Positions 1-9,046 of a stretch of 64,000 nt of DNA are shown piece by piece; position 1 is the stretch's first letter; each line of letters opens with the position of its first letter. Under the pieces are notes generated by a model. It worked only from the letters and a program-made list of their open reading frames with translations, did not search any database and was not told the DNA's origin. Location of the stretch: NCBI GenBank assembly GCA_003220345.1, contig QHSC01000101.1, positions 5,693 to 69,692 on the forward strand, written 5' to 3'. The translations under genes and the position numbers were made by a program. The stretch is from Candidatus Rokuibacteriota bacterium. GTDB lineage: Bacteria; Methylomirabilota; Methylomirabilia; Rokubacteriales; CSP1-6.

Positions 1-1
1 G

Positions 2-325
2 GCCAAGGGCGGGGTGATCACCTTCACGCGGGTGCTCGCCAAGGAGCTGGCGGTACACGGCATCACCGTCAACGCCATATGCCCGGGGGTGCTGTGGACG
101 GCCTTCTGGGAGAACCTGGCCCAGTACCTGGCCGACACCAATCCCGTCTTCAAGGGCATGACCGCCCGCCAGGTCTTCGACAAGCGCATCGCCGACATCA
201 TCCCGCTCAAGCGCGAGCAGACGCCGGAGGACATCGGCTGGGCCGCGACCTTCCTCGCCTCCGACGAAGCGCGCAACATCACGGGCCAGGCGCTGAACGT
301 CGACGGCGGCTCGGTGATGCATTGA
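2..325 (+). CDS. short-chain dehydrogenase/reductase (SDR), C-terminal part; 5' end lies outside the window
   Basis: Frame of ORF 14..325 is open to the window edge. SDR C-terminal motifs ITVNAICPG and ITGQALNVDGG are present. Stop TGA at 323-325. Confidence 0.8.
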   Translation, partial: AKGGVITFTRVLAKELAVHGITVNAICPGVLWTAFWENLAQYLADTNPVFKGMTARQVFDKRIADIIPLKREQTPEDIGWAATFLASDEARNITGQALNVDGGSVMH

Positions 326-738
326 AAGCCTTCGGCGCCTCCATTCTCCTCGCGTTGCTCGTGCTCGCCGCTCCCGCGCTCGCGCAGCAGGTCAAGCCCG
401 CGCCCAAGGAAGCCATGGAGCCGGCGATCAAGCAGCTGGAGGCGTTCCGCCGAGGCGACTTCGACGCCGCCTACACGTTCGCCTCCGCGGAGATCACGGA
501 GCAATTCGATCGCGAGACCTTCGAGCTCATGGTCAAGGGCGGATATCCGGAGATCGCCCGCTCCGCTTCGGCCTCCATCGTGGGCTCCGTTCTGGCCCCG
601 AACGGGCTCGTGTACCTGACGCTCAAGATCCGCGGATCGAACGGCAGGAGCATCGAGGCGCTCTACGAGCTGGTCTTGCAGAACGGCCAGTGGAAGATCA
701 ACGGCGTCACTGCCAAGCCTGATTCGGGCGTCATCTAG
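322..738 (+). CDS. secreted DUF4864-like protein
   Basis: Distal part of ORF 79..738. A TTG at 322 overlaps the upstream stop (aTTGA) and gives the signal peptide KAFGASILLALLVLAAPALAQQ. The C-terminal ...ALYELVLQNGQWKINGV resembles DUF4864. The upstream part of the ORF overlaps the SDR gene and is rejected. Confidence 0.6.
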   Translation: MKAFGASILLALLVLAAPALAQQVKPAPKEAMEPAIKQLEAFRRGDFDAAYTFASAEITEQFDRETFELMVKGGYPEIARSASASIVGSVLAPNGLVYLTLKIRGSNGRSIEALYELVLQNGQWKINGVTAKPDSGVI

Positions 739-762
739 ACGCCGGCTCGCCGGGAGACCGCC

Positions 763-1956
763 ATGGACTTCGACTTCACCCCCGAGCAGCAGCGCTTTCG
801 CGCGGAGGCCCGCGCCTGGCTCGCCGAGAACGTCCCCGCCGACCTCAAGGGCCGCGCCTTCGCCGCGTCGCGGGCCGACCGCGGGGAGGTCGACCGGCTG
901 CGTGAATGGCAGCGTGTCCTCCACAAGGCAGGCTACGTCGGCATCGACTGGCCGGCGGAGTACGGCGGGCGCGGCACCTCGATCATGGAGCAGATCATCC
1001 TCTACGAAGAGATGTCCCGCGCGGAGGCGCCCCAGCCCGTGAATCGCGGCGGCATCTCCATGCTCGGCCCCACCTTGATGAGCCACGGCACGCCGGCGCA
1101 GCAGGCCCGGCACCTCGGCAAGATCCTGAACGCCGACGAGCTCTGGTGCCAGGGCTTCTCGGAGCCCAACGCGGGCAGCGACCTCGCCAATCTCCAGACG
1201 CGCGCCGCCCTCGACGGCGATGCGTACGTGCTCAACGGTCAGAAGGTGTGGACGAGCATGGCGCACGTGGCCGACTGGGGCTTCTTCCTGGTTCGGACGG
1301 ATCCGAACGCCGCCAAGCACAAGGGCATCACCTTCATCCTCGTGGACATGAAGACCCCGGGCATCACCATCCGGCCCCTCCGCCAGATCACGGGCGAGGC
1401 CGAGTTCAACGAGGTCTTCCTCGAGAACGTCCGCGTGCCCGCCGCCAACGTGGTGGGCAAGGTCAACGAGGGCTGGGGGGTGGCGATCACGACCCTGGCC
1501 CACGAGCGCGACGTCCTGACCATGATCCGCCACATCAGCCTGCGCACCGCCCTCGAGCGGCTCGTCGCGCTCTCCAAGCGCACGATGAAGCAGGGCCGGC
1601 CCGCCTCCAAGGATCCCGTGCTGCGCCAGAAGATCGCGGGGCTGCAGGTCGCCGAGCGGTGCCTCCAGCTCAACGGCTATCGGAGCCTGACCAGGATCCT
1701 CCAGGGTGGCCACCCGGGGCCCGAGGGCTCGACCTCCAAGCTCTTCTGGAGCCAGGTCGACCAGGAGCTGGCCGACGTGGCGAGCGAGATGCTCGGCCCG
1801 TACTCGCAGATCGCCGAGCCGAGCCCGCTCGCGCCCGACCACGGGCAGTGGGAGTTCTACACGCTCCTTGCCCGCGGCAGCGGGATCCGCGCCGGCACCT
1901 CGGAGATCCTGCGCAACATTCTGGGCGAGCGCGTCCTCGGCCTTCCCAAGGACTGA
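763..1956 (+). CDS. acyl-CoA dehydrogenase family protein
   Basis: 397-aa ORF with N-terminal MDFDFTPEQQ..., CQGFSEPNAGSD and GQKVWTS motifs typical of ACADs. Confidence 0.9.
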   Translation: MDFDFTPEQQRFRAEARAWLAENVPADLKGRAFAASRADRGEVDRLREWQRVLHKAGYVGIDWPAEYGGRGTSIMEQIILYEEMSRAEAPQPVNRGGISMLGPTLMSHGTPAQQARHLGKILNADELWCQGFSEPNAGSDLANLQTRAALDGDAYVLNGQKVWTSMAHVADWGFFLVRTDPNAAKHKGITFILVDMKTPGITIRPLRQITGEAEFNEVFLENVRVPAANVVGKVNEGWGVAITTLAHERDVLTMIRHISLRTALERLVALSKRTMKQGRPASKDPVLRQKIAGLQVAERCLQLNGYRSLTRILQGGHPGPEGSTSKLFWSQVDQELADVASEMLGPYSQIAEPSPLAPDHGQWEFYTLLARGSGIRAGTSEILRNILGERVLGLPKD

Positions 1957-2942
1957 TGACGCTCCGCGAAGTTCCCGTCATCGACGTCGCGCCCTTTCTC
2001 GCGGAGGCGCCCGAAGAGAGACGCCGGGTCGCGGCCGAGGTCAATCGCGCCTGCGAGGAGCTGGGCTTTCTCATCGTGCGCGGCCACGGTGTCCCGGTGG
2101 ACCTCGTGGCCGACATGTACGACGTCTCCAGGCGCTTCTTCGAGCTGCCGCTCCCGGAGAAGATGAGGGCGCGGGGCGAGGACAGGAGCCGCGGCTACGG
2201 GGCGCAGGGCGAGGAGGCGCTGTCCTACGGGCTGGGCAAGGCCGCGCCCGCCGACGTCAAGGAGGGGCTCTACGAGGGGCCCATGGACGTTCCGGACACG
2301 CCCTATTTCCGCGGGCGCGAGGGCGCGCCGCATTTCGTCCCGAACGTCTGGCCCGAGCGCCCGGCCGAGCTGCCGCGGATCTGGCGCGCGTACTACCGTC
2401 AGATGGAGCGCCTGGCCGCCGACCTCATGCGCGTGTTCGCGGTCGCCCTCGACGTGCCCGAGAATTTCTTCGCGGACAAGATCGACAAGCACGCGAGCCG
2501 CGTCCGGGCCATTCACTATCCCGATCAGCGCGATGCCCCGCTCCCGGGCCAGCTCCGGGCGGGTGAGCACACCGACTACGGCACCATGACCATCCTCAAG
2601 ATCGAGGACGCCCCGGGCGGGCTCCAGGTCAGGACGCGCCAGGGACGGTGGCTGGACGTTGGCGCGGTTTCCGACGCCTTCGTCGTGAACATCGGCGACC
2701 TCATGATGCACTGGACCAACGACCGGTGGATCTCCACGCTGCACCGGGTGGTGAATCCGCCGCGCGACGCGACGCTCGGCACGGGGCGACTCTCGCTCGC
2801 CTTCTTCCACCAGCCCAACTACGATGCGCTGATCGAGTGCCTCCCGAGCTGCCAGGGTCCCGGGAATCCCGCCAAGCACCCGCCCGTCACCTCGGGCGAA
2901 CATCGCAACCGCAAATTTGCCGCGACCACCGTCGCCCCCTGA
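1956..2942 (+). CDS. 2-oxoglutarate/Fe(II)-dependent oxygenase (isopenicillin N synthase-like)
   Basis: ATG 1956 overlaps the upstream TGA (TGATG). N-terminus is MTLREVPVIDVAPF. HTDYG (HxD) and distal HRV metal/2OG motifs are present. The long upstream ORF extension from 906 overlaps the ACAD gene and is rejected. Confidence 0.85.
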   Translation: MTLREVPVIDVAPFLAEAPEERRRVAAEVNRACEELGFLIVRGHGVPVDLVADMYDVSRRFFELPLPEKMRARGEDRSRGYGAQGEEALSYGLGKAAPADVKEGLYEGPMDVPDTPYFRGREGAPHFVPNVWPERPAELPRIWRAYYRQMERLAADLMRVFAVALDVPENFFADKIDKHASRVRAIHYPDQRDAPLPGQLRAGEHTDYGTMTILKIEDAPGGLQVRTRQGRWLDVGAVSDAFVVNIGDLMMHWTNDRWISTLHRVVNPPRDATLGTGRLSLAFFHQPNYDALIECLPSCQGPGNPAKHPPVTSGEHRNRKFAATTVAP

Positions 2943-2950
2943 GGAGAGAC

Positions 2951-3745
2951 ATGGCACCGGACACCGACGAGCTGCTCTACGAGATCAAGGACAAGGTCGC
3001 CACGCTCACGCTGAACCGGCCGGACAAGATGAATGCCTTCACGGGGCCGATGCTGGACCGCTGGGTCTGGGCCCTCGGGGAGGCCCAGCGCGATCCCGAC
3101 GTGAACGTGGTGATCGTCACCGGCGCGGGCAAGGCCTTCTGCGCGGGCGGCGACGTCGGCCGCATGGGCCAGGGCGATCCCACCGCGCTGGACAACAAGA
3201 ACCAGCTCTGGGAAGGCATCCACCGCGTGCCCAAGACCCTGGAGCAGATGGACAAGCCTGTCATCGCCATGATCAACGGGGTGGCGGTGGGAGCGGGCAT
3301 GGGCATGTCGGTGATGTGCGATCTCCGCATCGCCGCCGATACCGCGCGCTTCTCCACGGGCTACGTGCGAGTGGGGCTCGTGCCCGGCGACGGCGATACC
3401 TATTTCCTCCCCCGGCTCACGGGCACCGCCAAGGCCCTCGAGCTCCTGTGGACGGCGGACTTCATCGAGGCGCCCAAGGCCCTCGAGCTCGGCATCGTCA
3501 ACCGCGTGGTGCCCGCGGACAAGCTCGCCGAGGAGACGTACGCGCTCGCCCATCAGATCGCCGACGGGCCGCAGATCCCCATCAGGATGATCAAGCGACT
3601 CGTCTACCAGTCCATGCGGCTCGATCTGCGCACGCACCTCGACCTCGTCTCCTCCCACATGGGGCTGGTCCGTCAGACCGCCGACCACAAGGAAGGCGTC
3701 CAGGCCTTCAAGGACAAGCGCCCGCCCAAGTTCCAGGGGCGCTAG
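2951..3745 (+). CDS. enoyl-CoA hydratase/isomerase (crotonase) family protein
   Basis: ATG 2951 follows GAGGAGAG. Crotonase motifs LTLNRPDKMNAF, TGAGKAFCAGGD and INGVAVGAG are present. Confidence 0.9.
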   Translation: MAPDTDELLYEIKDKVATLTLNRPDKMNAFTGPMLDRWVWALGEAQRDPDVNVVIVTGAGKAFCAGGDVGRMGQGDPTALDNKNQLWEGIHRVPKTLEQMDKPVIAMINGVAVGAGMGMSVMCDLRIAADTARFSTGYVRVGLVPGDGDTYFLPRLTGTAKALELLWTADFIEAPKALELGIVNRVVPADKLAEETYALAHQIADGPQIPIRMIKRLVYQSMRLDLRTHLDLVSSHMGLVRQTADHKEGVQAFKDKRPPKFQGR

Positions 3746-3821
3746 CGCTCGACGCGCGCGGAGCGAGAGTCACGTCGCCTCAGGTTTGACCTACCGCGGT
3801 CGCTCTGGCAGGATCGGCGCC

Positions 3822-5393
3822 ATGGTCGCTGCGGCGATGGTGCGAGCGATGTGGACCAAGACGGCGAGCCTGATCTTCGGCTCCCTCGCGGGCGCCCTGC
3901 TCTTCCTCGGGACGGGGCAGGGAGCCGCCGCCCAGACGCCGGCGGGCGAGGTCACGGTCTCCTTCCACGTGACCCTCGCCCCGAGCTGGTTCGATCCGTC
4001 CACGGCGCCGCCCCAGATCACTCCGTTCGGCGTCCTCTACGCGGTGCACGACGCGCTCGTCCGCCCGCTGCCCGGGCAGAAGATGGGGGCGAGCCTCGCC
4101 GAGTCGTGGACGGAGAGCCGCGACGGGCTCGTGTACGAGTTCAAGCTTCGCCGCGGGCTGAAGTTCCACAACGGCGATCCCCTCACCACCGACGACGTCA
4201 AGTTCAGCTTCGAGCGCTACCAGGGGGCGGGGGCAAGCGAGCTCCGCGCCCGCGTGCGTCAGGTCGAGATCGTGGATCCGTTGACGGTGCGCTTTCACCT
4301 GAAAGAGGCCTGGCCCGATTTCATGACCTTCTACGGCACCACGGCCACGGGCGCCGGGCTCGTCTTGCCCCGGAAATACTTCGAGCAGGTCGGGGTCGAC
4401 GGATTCAAGCAGCGCCCGGTCGGCGCGGGGCCATACCAGTTCGTGAGCCAGCGGCCGGGGGTCGACGTGGTCCTGGAAGCTTTTCCGGGATACTGGCGGC
4501 ACGCGCCGTACATCAAGCGCCTGACCTTGAAGAGCGTGCCCGACGGCACCACCCGTCTCGCCATGCTGAGGAGCGGGGACACCGATCTCGCGCTCTTCCT
4601 GGACGGTCCGGAAGCGCAGACGGTGACCCGGGATCCGCGCTTCACGCTGGTGGCCACGCGGCACGCGTCCATTTTCTGGATCGAGTTCGCCGATCAGTGG
4701 GACCCCAAGTCGCCGTGGCACGACCGGCGCCTGCGCCTGGCCGTGAACTACGCGCTCGATCGCAAGACGATCAGCGAGGCCGCCTGTCTCGGCTACTGTC
4801 CGCCCGCGGGTGTCATCGTCCCGCGGGTGATGGACTTCGCCCTCCAGGTTCCGCCGCTGCCCTACGACCCGCAGAAGGCCAAGCAGCTCCTCGCCGAGGC
4901 CGGCTATCCCAGAGGCTTCGACGCCGGAGAGTTCGTCCCCATCCCCGGCTTCTCCACGGTGGGCGAGGCCGCCCTCAACGGCCTGAACGCGGTGGGGATC
5001 CGGATGCGGATGCGGCCGATGGAGCGCGCCGCCTTCTATGCCGCCTGGCAGGAGAAGAAGCTGCGCGGGCTCTTCCTGGTCGCCGTGGGCAACTCGGGCA
5101 ACGCGGCCACCCGGGTGGAGTCCTTCATGTACTCCAAGGGCGGCTACGCCTACGGCGGCTATCCCGACATCGACGAGATGTTCCAGCAGCAGGCGCGAGA
5201 GCGGGACCCCGCCAAGCGCGAGGCGATCCTCCATCGCATCCAGCAGCTGACCATCGACCGCGCCATGTTCGCGCCGATCATGGACCTGCGCGGGCTCATC
5301 GGAGTGGGGCCGCGAGTGGCCGACCACACCATCAACCTCATGCCCATGTACTCGTTCCCGTCCTACGAGGACATGCGACTCAAGAGCCCGTAG
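3822..5393 (+). CDS. ABC transporter substrate-binding protein, family 5 (peptide/nickel type); orphan
   Basis: Signal peptide ...LFLGTGQGAAAQT. Family-5 SBP length and motifs (FKLRRGLKFHNGDPLTTDDVKFS). The start is ambiguous (TTG 3786, ATG 3822/3837/3849). No permease or ATPase gene is adjacent. Confidence 0.8.
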   Translation: MVAAAMVRAMWTKTASLIFGSLAGALLFLGTGQGAAAQTPAGEVTVSFHVTLAPSWFDPSTAPPQITPFGVLYAVHDALVRPLPGQKMGASLAESWTESRDGLVYEFKLRRGLKFHNGDPLTTDDVKFSFERYQGAGASELRARVRQVEIVDPLTVRFHLKEAWPDFMTFYGTTATGAGLVLPRKYFEQVGVDGFKQRPVGAGPYQFVSQRPGVDVVLEAFPGYWRHAPYIKRLTLKSVPDGTTRLAMLRSGDTDLALFLDGPEAQTVTRDPRFTLVATRHASIFWIEFADQWDPKSPWHDRRLRLAVNYALDRKTISEAACLGYCPPAGVIVPRVMDFALQVPPLPYDPQKAKQLLAEAGYPRGFDAGEFVPIPGFSTVGEAALNGLNAVGIRMRMRPMERAAFYAAWQEKKLRGLFLVAVGNSGNAATRVESFMYSKGGYAYGGYPDIDEMFQQQARERDPAKREAILHRIQQLTIDRAMFAPIMDLRGLIGVGPRVADHTINLMPMYSFPSYEDMRLKSP

Positions 5394-5419
5394 GGCTTGG
5401 CCGCTTCGGAGAGAATCTC

Positions 5420-6064
5420 TTGATCGCGCTGCCCGACCTTGCCAGCCTCGGCCTCTTCGTCGCCGCGGCGCTCGTGCTGCTGATCACGCCCGGCCCCGCC
5501 GTGCTCTACATCGTGGCCCGGAGCATCGACCAGGGCCGCCGGGCCGGGCTCGTGTCCATGCTCGGCGTCCACGCGGGCACGCTCGTGCACGTGGCCGCGG
5601 CGGCGGCGGGGCTCTCCGCCCTGCTCGCCGCCTCCGCGATGGCCTTCAGCGTGGCCAAGTATCTCGGGGCGGCCTATCTCGTCTTTCTCGGCGTGCGTCG
5701 TCTGCTCGACCGGACGACGAGCGTCACGTCCCGGCGACCCGAGCGCCGTCACCTGCGCCGCGCCTTTCTGGACGGCGTCGTCGTCAACGTGCTCAATCCG
5801 AAGACGGCCCTGTTCTTCCTCGCCTTCCTGCCTCAGTTCGTCATGACGGCGCGTGGCGACGTCGGCGCCCAGGTCCTGGGCCTCGGTCTGCTCTTCGTCG
5901 GGCTGGGCGTGATCACGGACGGCCTCTACGCGGTGGGGGCGGGGACGGCCGCGCACTGGCTGCGCGGGAATCCCCAGTTCGTGCGGAGCGAGCGCTGGGT
6001 CTCCGGGAGCATGTACATCGGGCTCGGCGTGGCGGCGGCCTTCTCGAGCACCCACCGGAAGTAG
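5420..6064 (+). CDS. LysE/RhtB family amino-acid exporter
   Basis: TTG 5420 in the frame of ORF 3851..6064. Motifs LITPGPAVLYIV and NVLNPKTALFFLAFLPQF are present. About 214 aa with multiple TM helices. Confidence 0.8.
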   Translation: MIALPDLASLGLFVAAALVLLITPGPAVLYIVARSIDQGRRAGLVSMLGVHAGTLVHVAAAAAGLSALLAASAMAFSVAKYLGAAYLVFLGVRRLLDRTTSVTSRRPERRHLRRAFLDGVVVNVLNPKTALFFLAFLPQFVMTARGDVGAQVLGLGLLFVGLGVITDGLYAVGAGTAAHWLRGNPQFVRSERWVSGSMYIGLGVAAAFSSTHRK

Positions 6065-6089
6065 TCCGACCGCCCGGGCGCCCTCGAGC

Positions 6090-6971
6090 ATGACGCCCAC
6101 CGACGTCTGCCTCACCCTTCTCGTCGTCGTGATCTGGGGCGTGGCCTTCATCGCGACCAAGATCGGGCTCGCGTCCTTCTCGCCGCCCGAGCTGGCCGCG
6201 CTTCGATTCCTCATCGCCTCGCTGCCCGCCCTGTTCCTCGCTCGCCCTCCCGTCTCTTGGCCGCTCTTCGGAGCGATCGGCCTCACCCTCTTCGCGGGGC
6301 AATTCCTCTTCCAGTTCTTCGGCATCGCCTACGGCATGCCGCCGGGACTGGCCTCGATCGTCGTCCAGACGCAGGCCCTGTTCACCATCCTCTTCGCTGC
6401 GCTCGTCCTGCGTGAGCGGCCGACGCGAAGGCAGCTTGCGGGGACGGCCACGGCATTCGCGGGGCTCGCCCTCATCGCGGCGACGGTGGGCGGCGATCTC
6501 ACCGCCCTCGGCCTCGGCCTGACCGCGGTCTCCGCCATCAGCTGGGGCATCGGCAACGTGCTCGTGAAGCGGCTGCCTCCCGTGGAGATGCTGAACCTCA
6601 TGGTGTGGCTCAGTCTCGTGCCCCCGCTTCCCTCCCTGGCCCTGTCCATGGCGCTCGACGGCTCCACGGACCTCGCCCGCGCGCTCGCCTCCGCCTCGTG
6701 GCTCGGGATCGCCGCCGTCCTCTACCTCGGCGTCGTGGCCACGGTCTTCGCGTATGCCCTCTGGGGCATGCTGCTGCGCCGCTACCCCGCGGCGACGGTG
6801 ACGCCGTTCGCCCTCCTCGCGCCCTTCGTCGCCTCGTATTCCTCTTCGCTGATCTTCGGCGAGCGCTTCGGCCCCCTGCGGCTGGGCGGGATGGCGCTGG
6901 TGCTGCTCGGCATCGCCGTCATCGTGCTGCCCGTCGGTCGCTGGTCGCGCGTCACGGCCATTCCCGGATGA
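6090..6971 (+). CDS. EamA/DMT family transporter
   Basis: 293 aa with about 10 TM segments. Duplicated EamA pattern (WGVAFIATK..., ISWGIGNVLVKR). Confidence 0.85.
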   Translation: MTPTDVCLTLLVVVIWGVAFIATKIGLASFSPPELAALRFLIASLPALFLARPPVSWPLFGAIGLTLFAGQFLFQFFGIAYGMPPGLASIVVQTQALFTILFAALVLRERPTRRQLAGTATAFAGLALIAATVGGDLTALGLGLTAVSAISWGIGNVLVKRLPPVEMLNLMVWLSLVPPLPSLALSMALDGSTDLARALASASWLGIAAVLYLGVVATVFAYALWGMLLRRYPAATVTPFALLAPFVASYSSSLIFGERFGPLRLGGMALVLLGIAVIVLPVGRWSRVTAIPG

Positions 6972-7161
6972 GCGCGGGGAAGCAGTCGCGAGCCGTGCGG
7001 CCGCCGTCCACCAGCGGACGGACTTCGATTACACTACGCCACACCATGCCGACTGACGCCTCCGTCTGGCCCGCCTGAGAGGCGGACGGTCCGCGTCCCA
7101 AGCCCTACTCGAACTGATTCGAACCGACAGCCCGAACTGATTGGAAATCGCGAGGGAGCCC

Positions 7162-7977
7162 ATGGCCTCGAGCTTCGATGTGCCGGATGACTGGGGACTG
7201 AGCGGGAAAGTCGCCATCGTGACGGGTGCGGGAGCGGCGCGCACGGGCATCGGCAACGGCCGCGCGGCCGCCATCCTGCTGGCCCGGGCAGGCGCGCGGG
7301 TCATCGTGGTGGATCGCGAGATCGACCTCGCCGAGCAGACGGCTCGCATGATCAAGGATCAGGGGGGCGAGGGCCTCGCGCTCCAGGCGGATGTCACCCG
7401 CGCCGAGGATTGCGAGGGGATGGTCCAGACCGCCCTCGATCGCTTCGGCCGTCTCGACTTCCTCGACAACAACGTCGGGATCGGCAGCCGGGGATCCGTC
7501 CTCGACGAGACCCAGGAGAACTGGCGTCGCGTCATGCAGGTCAACGTCGAGACCATGTTCCTGGCCGCCAAGCACGCCATCCCCGCCATGATCCGCGGAG
7601 GCGGCGGCGCCATCGTCAACGTGTCGTCGATCTCCGCGCTGCGGCCGCGGGGGCTGACGGTCTACACCGTGTCCAAGGGCGCGGTGATCGCCCTCACCCG
7701 CGCCATGGCCGTCGATCACGGCAAGGACGGCATCCGCGTCAACTGCGTGGCGCCGGGCCCGGTCTACACCCCCATGGTCTACGAGCGGGGCATGAGCCCG
7801 GCCGCCCGCGACCAGCGCCGCCGCGCATCCGTGCTGGGGATCGAGGGGACGGGCTGGAACATCGGCCACGCCGTGCGCTTTCTCCTCTCGGACTATGCGG
7901 GCTACATCACGGGCCAGACCCTGGTCGTGGACGGCGGCGCGACTCTGGTCGGGCCCGCGCGGGAGAGCCAGGCATGA
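7162..7977 (+). CDS. SDR family oxidoreductase
   Basis: ATG 7162 is preceded by GAGGGAG. TGAGAARTGIGNG Rossmann motif, the YxxxK region (YTVSKGAV) and the C-terminal ITGQTLVVDGG are present. Confidence 0.9.
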   Translation: MASSFDVPDDWGLSGKVAIVTGAGAARTGIGNGRAAAILLARAGARVIVVDREIDLAEQTARMIKDQGGEGLALQADVTRAEDCEGMVQTALDRFGRLDFLDNNVGIGSRGSVLDETQENWRRVMQVNVETMFLAAKHAIPAMIRGGGGAIVNVSSISALRPRGLTVYTVSKGAVIALTRAMAVDHGKDGIRVNCVAPGPVYTPMVYERGMSPAARDQRRRASVLGIEGTGWNIGHAVRFLLSDYAGYITGQTLVVDGGATLVGPARESQA

Positions 7978-9044
7978 AGGCTCCCCGATTCGGGCTGAAC
8001 CGCTTCGACTCCCGCTCCGTCGACACGCTGGCCGCCGATGTCCGGCGCGCGGAGATGCTCGGGTGGGACGCGGCGTTTCAGCCCGACTCGCAGCTCCGGC
8101 GCCGGGACACGTACGTGCTCCTCGCCGCCGCGGCCCGCGCCACGACGACGATCATGCTCGGCCCGCTCCTCGCCAATCCCGTGAACCGGCATCCCTCGGT
8201 GACCGCGTCCTCGATCGCCACCATCGACGAGCTGGCGCCCGGCCGTGTCCTCCTCGGCTGGGGGGTGGGCGACACCGCGGTGAGGCTGGCCGGGCTCAAG
8301 CCCGCCCGCGTCAAGGACCTCGAGGAGAGCACGCGTCTGATGCGCGCGTTGCTGGACGGCGAGTCGGTCGAGGTCGGCGCCGAGCGGCCCGCGCGGCTCC
8401 CGCATCACCGGCCCGTGCCCATCTGGATCGCCGCGGGCGGCCCGCGCACCCTGCGCATGGCGGGGCGCGTGGCCGACGGCGTGTTCATCCGTGTGGGGAC
8501 CCATCCGGCGAACATCCGTACGGCCGTCGAGGCCATCCGGGCGGGCGCGGCGGAAGCCGGTCGCGATCCCGCCACCGTCGGGCTGGCCGCCATCTTTCAC
8601 ACCGTGCTCGTCGATGAGCCGAGCCGCGCCATGACCATGGCCAAGTCCCTGGCCGCGGGCTACTACGAGTACTCGCCCCGGCTCTTCGACCCGCCCGGGC
8701 TCACGTGGTCCGGGCCCGATCCCGAGGCCTTGAAGCGCCAGCACAAGGTGTGGCCGGATTTCCATCACGCCCCCGACCTCGAGGCGAGCGGCCGCGCGGT
8801 CGATTTCTTGCCGACGAGCGCCGCCGACGCCTTCAGCTTGCGCGGCGGGCCGATCGAGGTGGCGGATCAGCTCGTGCACGTGCTCCGCGACGCGCAGGTG
8901 GAGTTCGACTACGTGGTGCTGCATCCCATCCCCGACCCGCCCGTGCCGCAGGATCCCGAGCGCGGCTACACGGCGCGGGTGGCGCGCGAGGTGCTGCCTC
9001 GCGTGCGCGCAGCCCTGGCGCCGGGCGCGCGCGACGCGCGCTGA
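7974..9044 (+). CDS. LLM-class (luciferase-like) flavin/F420-dependent oxidoreductase
   Basis: ATG 7974 overlaps the SDR stop (ATGA). N-terminus MKAPRFGLNRFD..., LGWGVGD and IWIAAGGPRTLRMAGRVADG are typical of the LLM family. Confidence 0.8.
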   Translation: MKAPRFGLNRFDSRSVDTLAADVRRAEMLGWDAAFQPDSQLRRRDTYVLLAAAARATTTIMLGPLLANPVNRHPSVTASSIATIDELAPGRVLLGWGVGDTAVRLAGLKPARVKDLEESTRLMRALLDGESVEVGAERPARLPHHRPVPIWIAAGGPRTLRMAGRVADGVFIRVGTHPANIRTAVEAIRAGAAEAGRDPATVGLAAIFHTVLVDEPSRAMTMAKSLAAGYYEYSPRLFDPPGLTWSGPDPEALKRQHKVWPDFHHAPDLEASGRAVDFLPTSAADAFSLRGGPIEVADQLVHVLRDAQVEFDYVVLHPIPDPPVPQDPERGYTARVAREVLPRVRAALAPGARDAR

Positions 9045-9046
9045 TC

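Noticed and set aside
79-738. Long 5' extensions of several ORFs that overlap upstream genes. Examples: 79..738, 906..2942, 2648..3745, 3851..6064, 7410..9044, 8705..10255, 11096..12970 (-), 26847..28532 and 42090..43982.
   Set aside because: The family-like sequence starts only at an internal ATG/GTG/TTG that abuts or overlaps the upstream stop. The extensions are Arg/Pro/Gly-rich out-of-frame read-through of the neighbouring gene.
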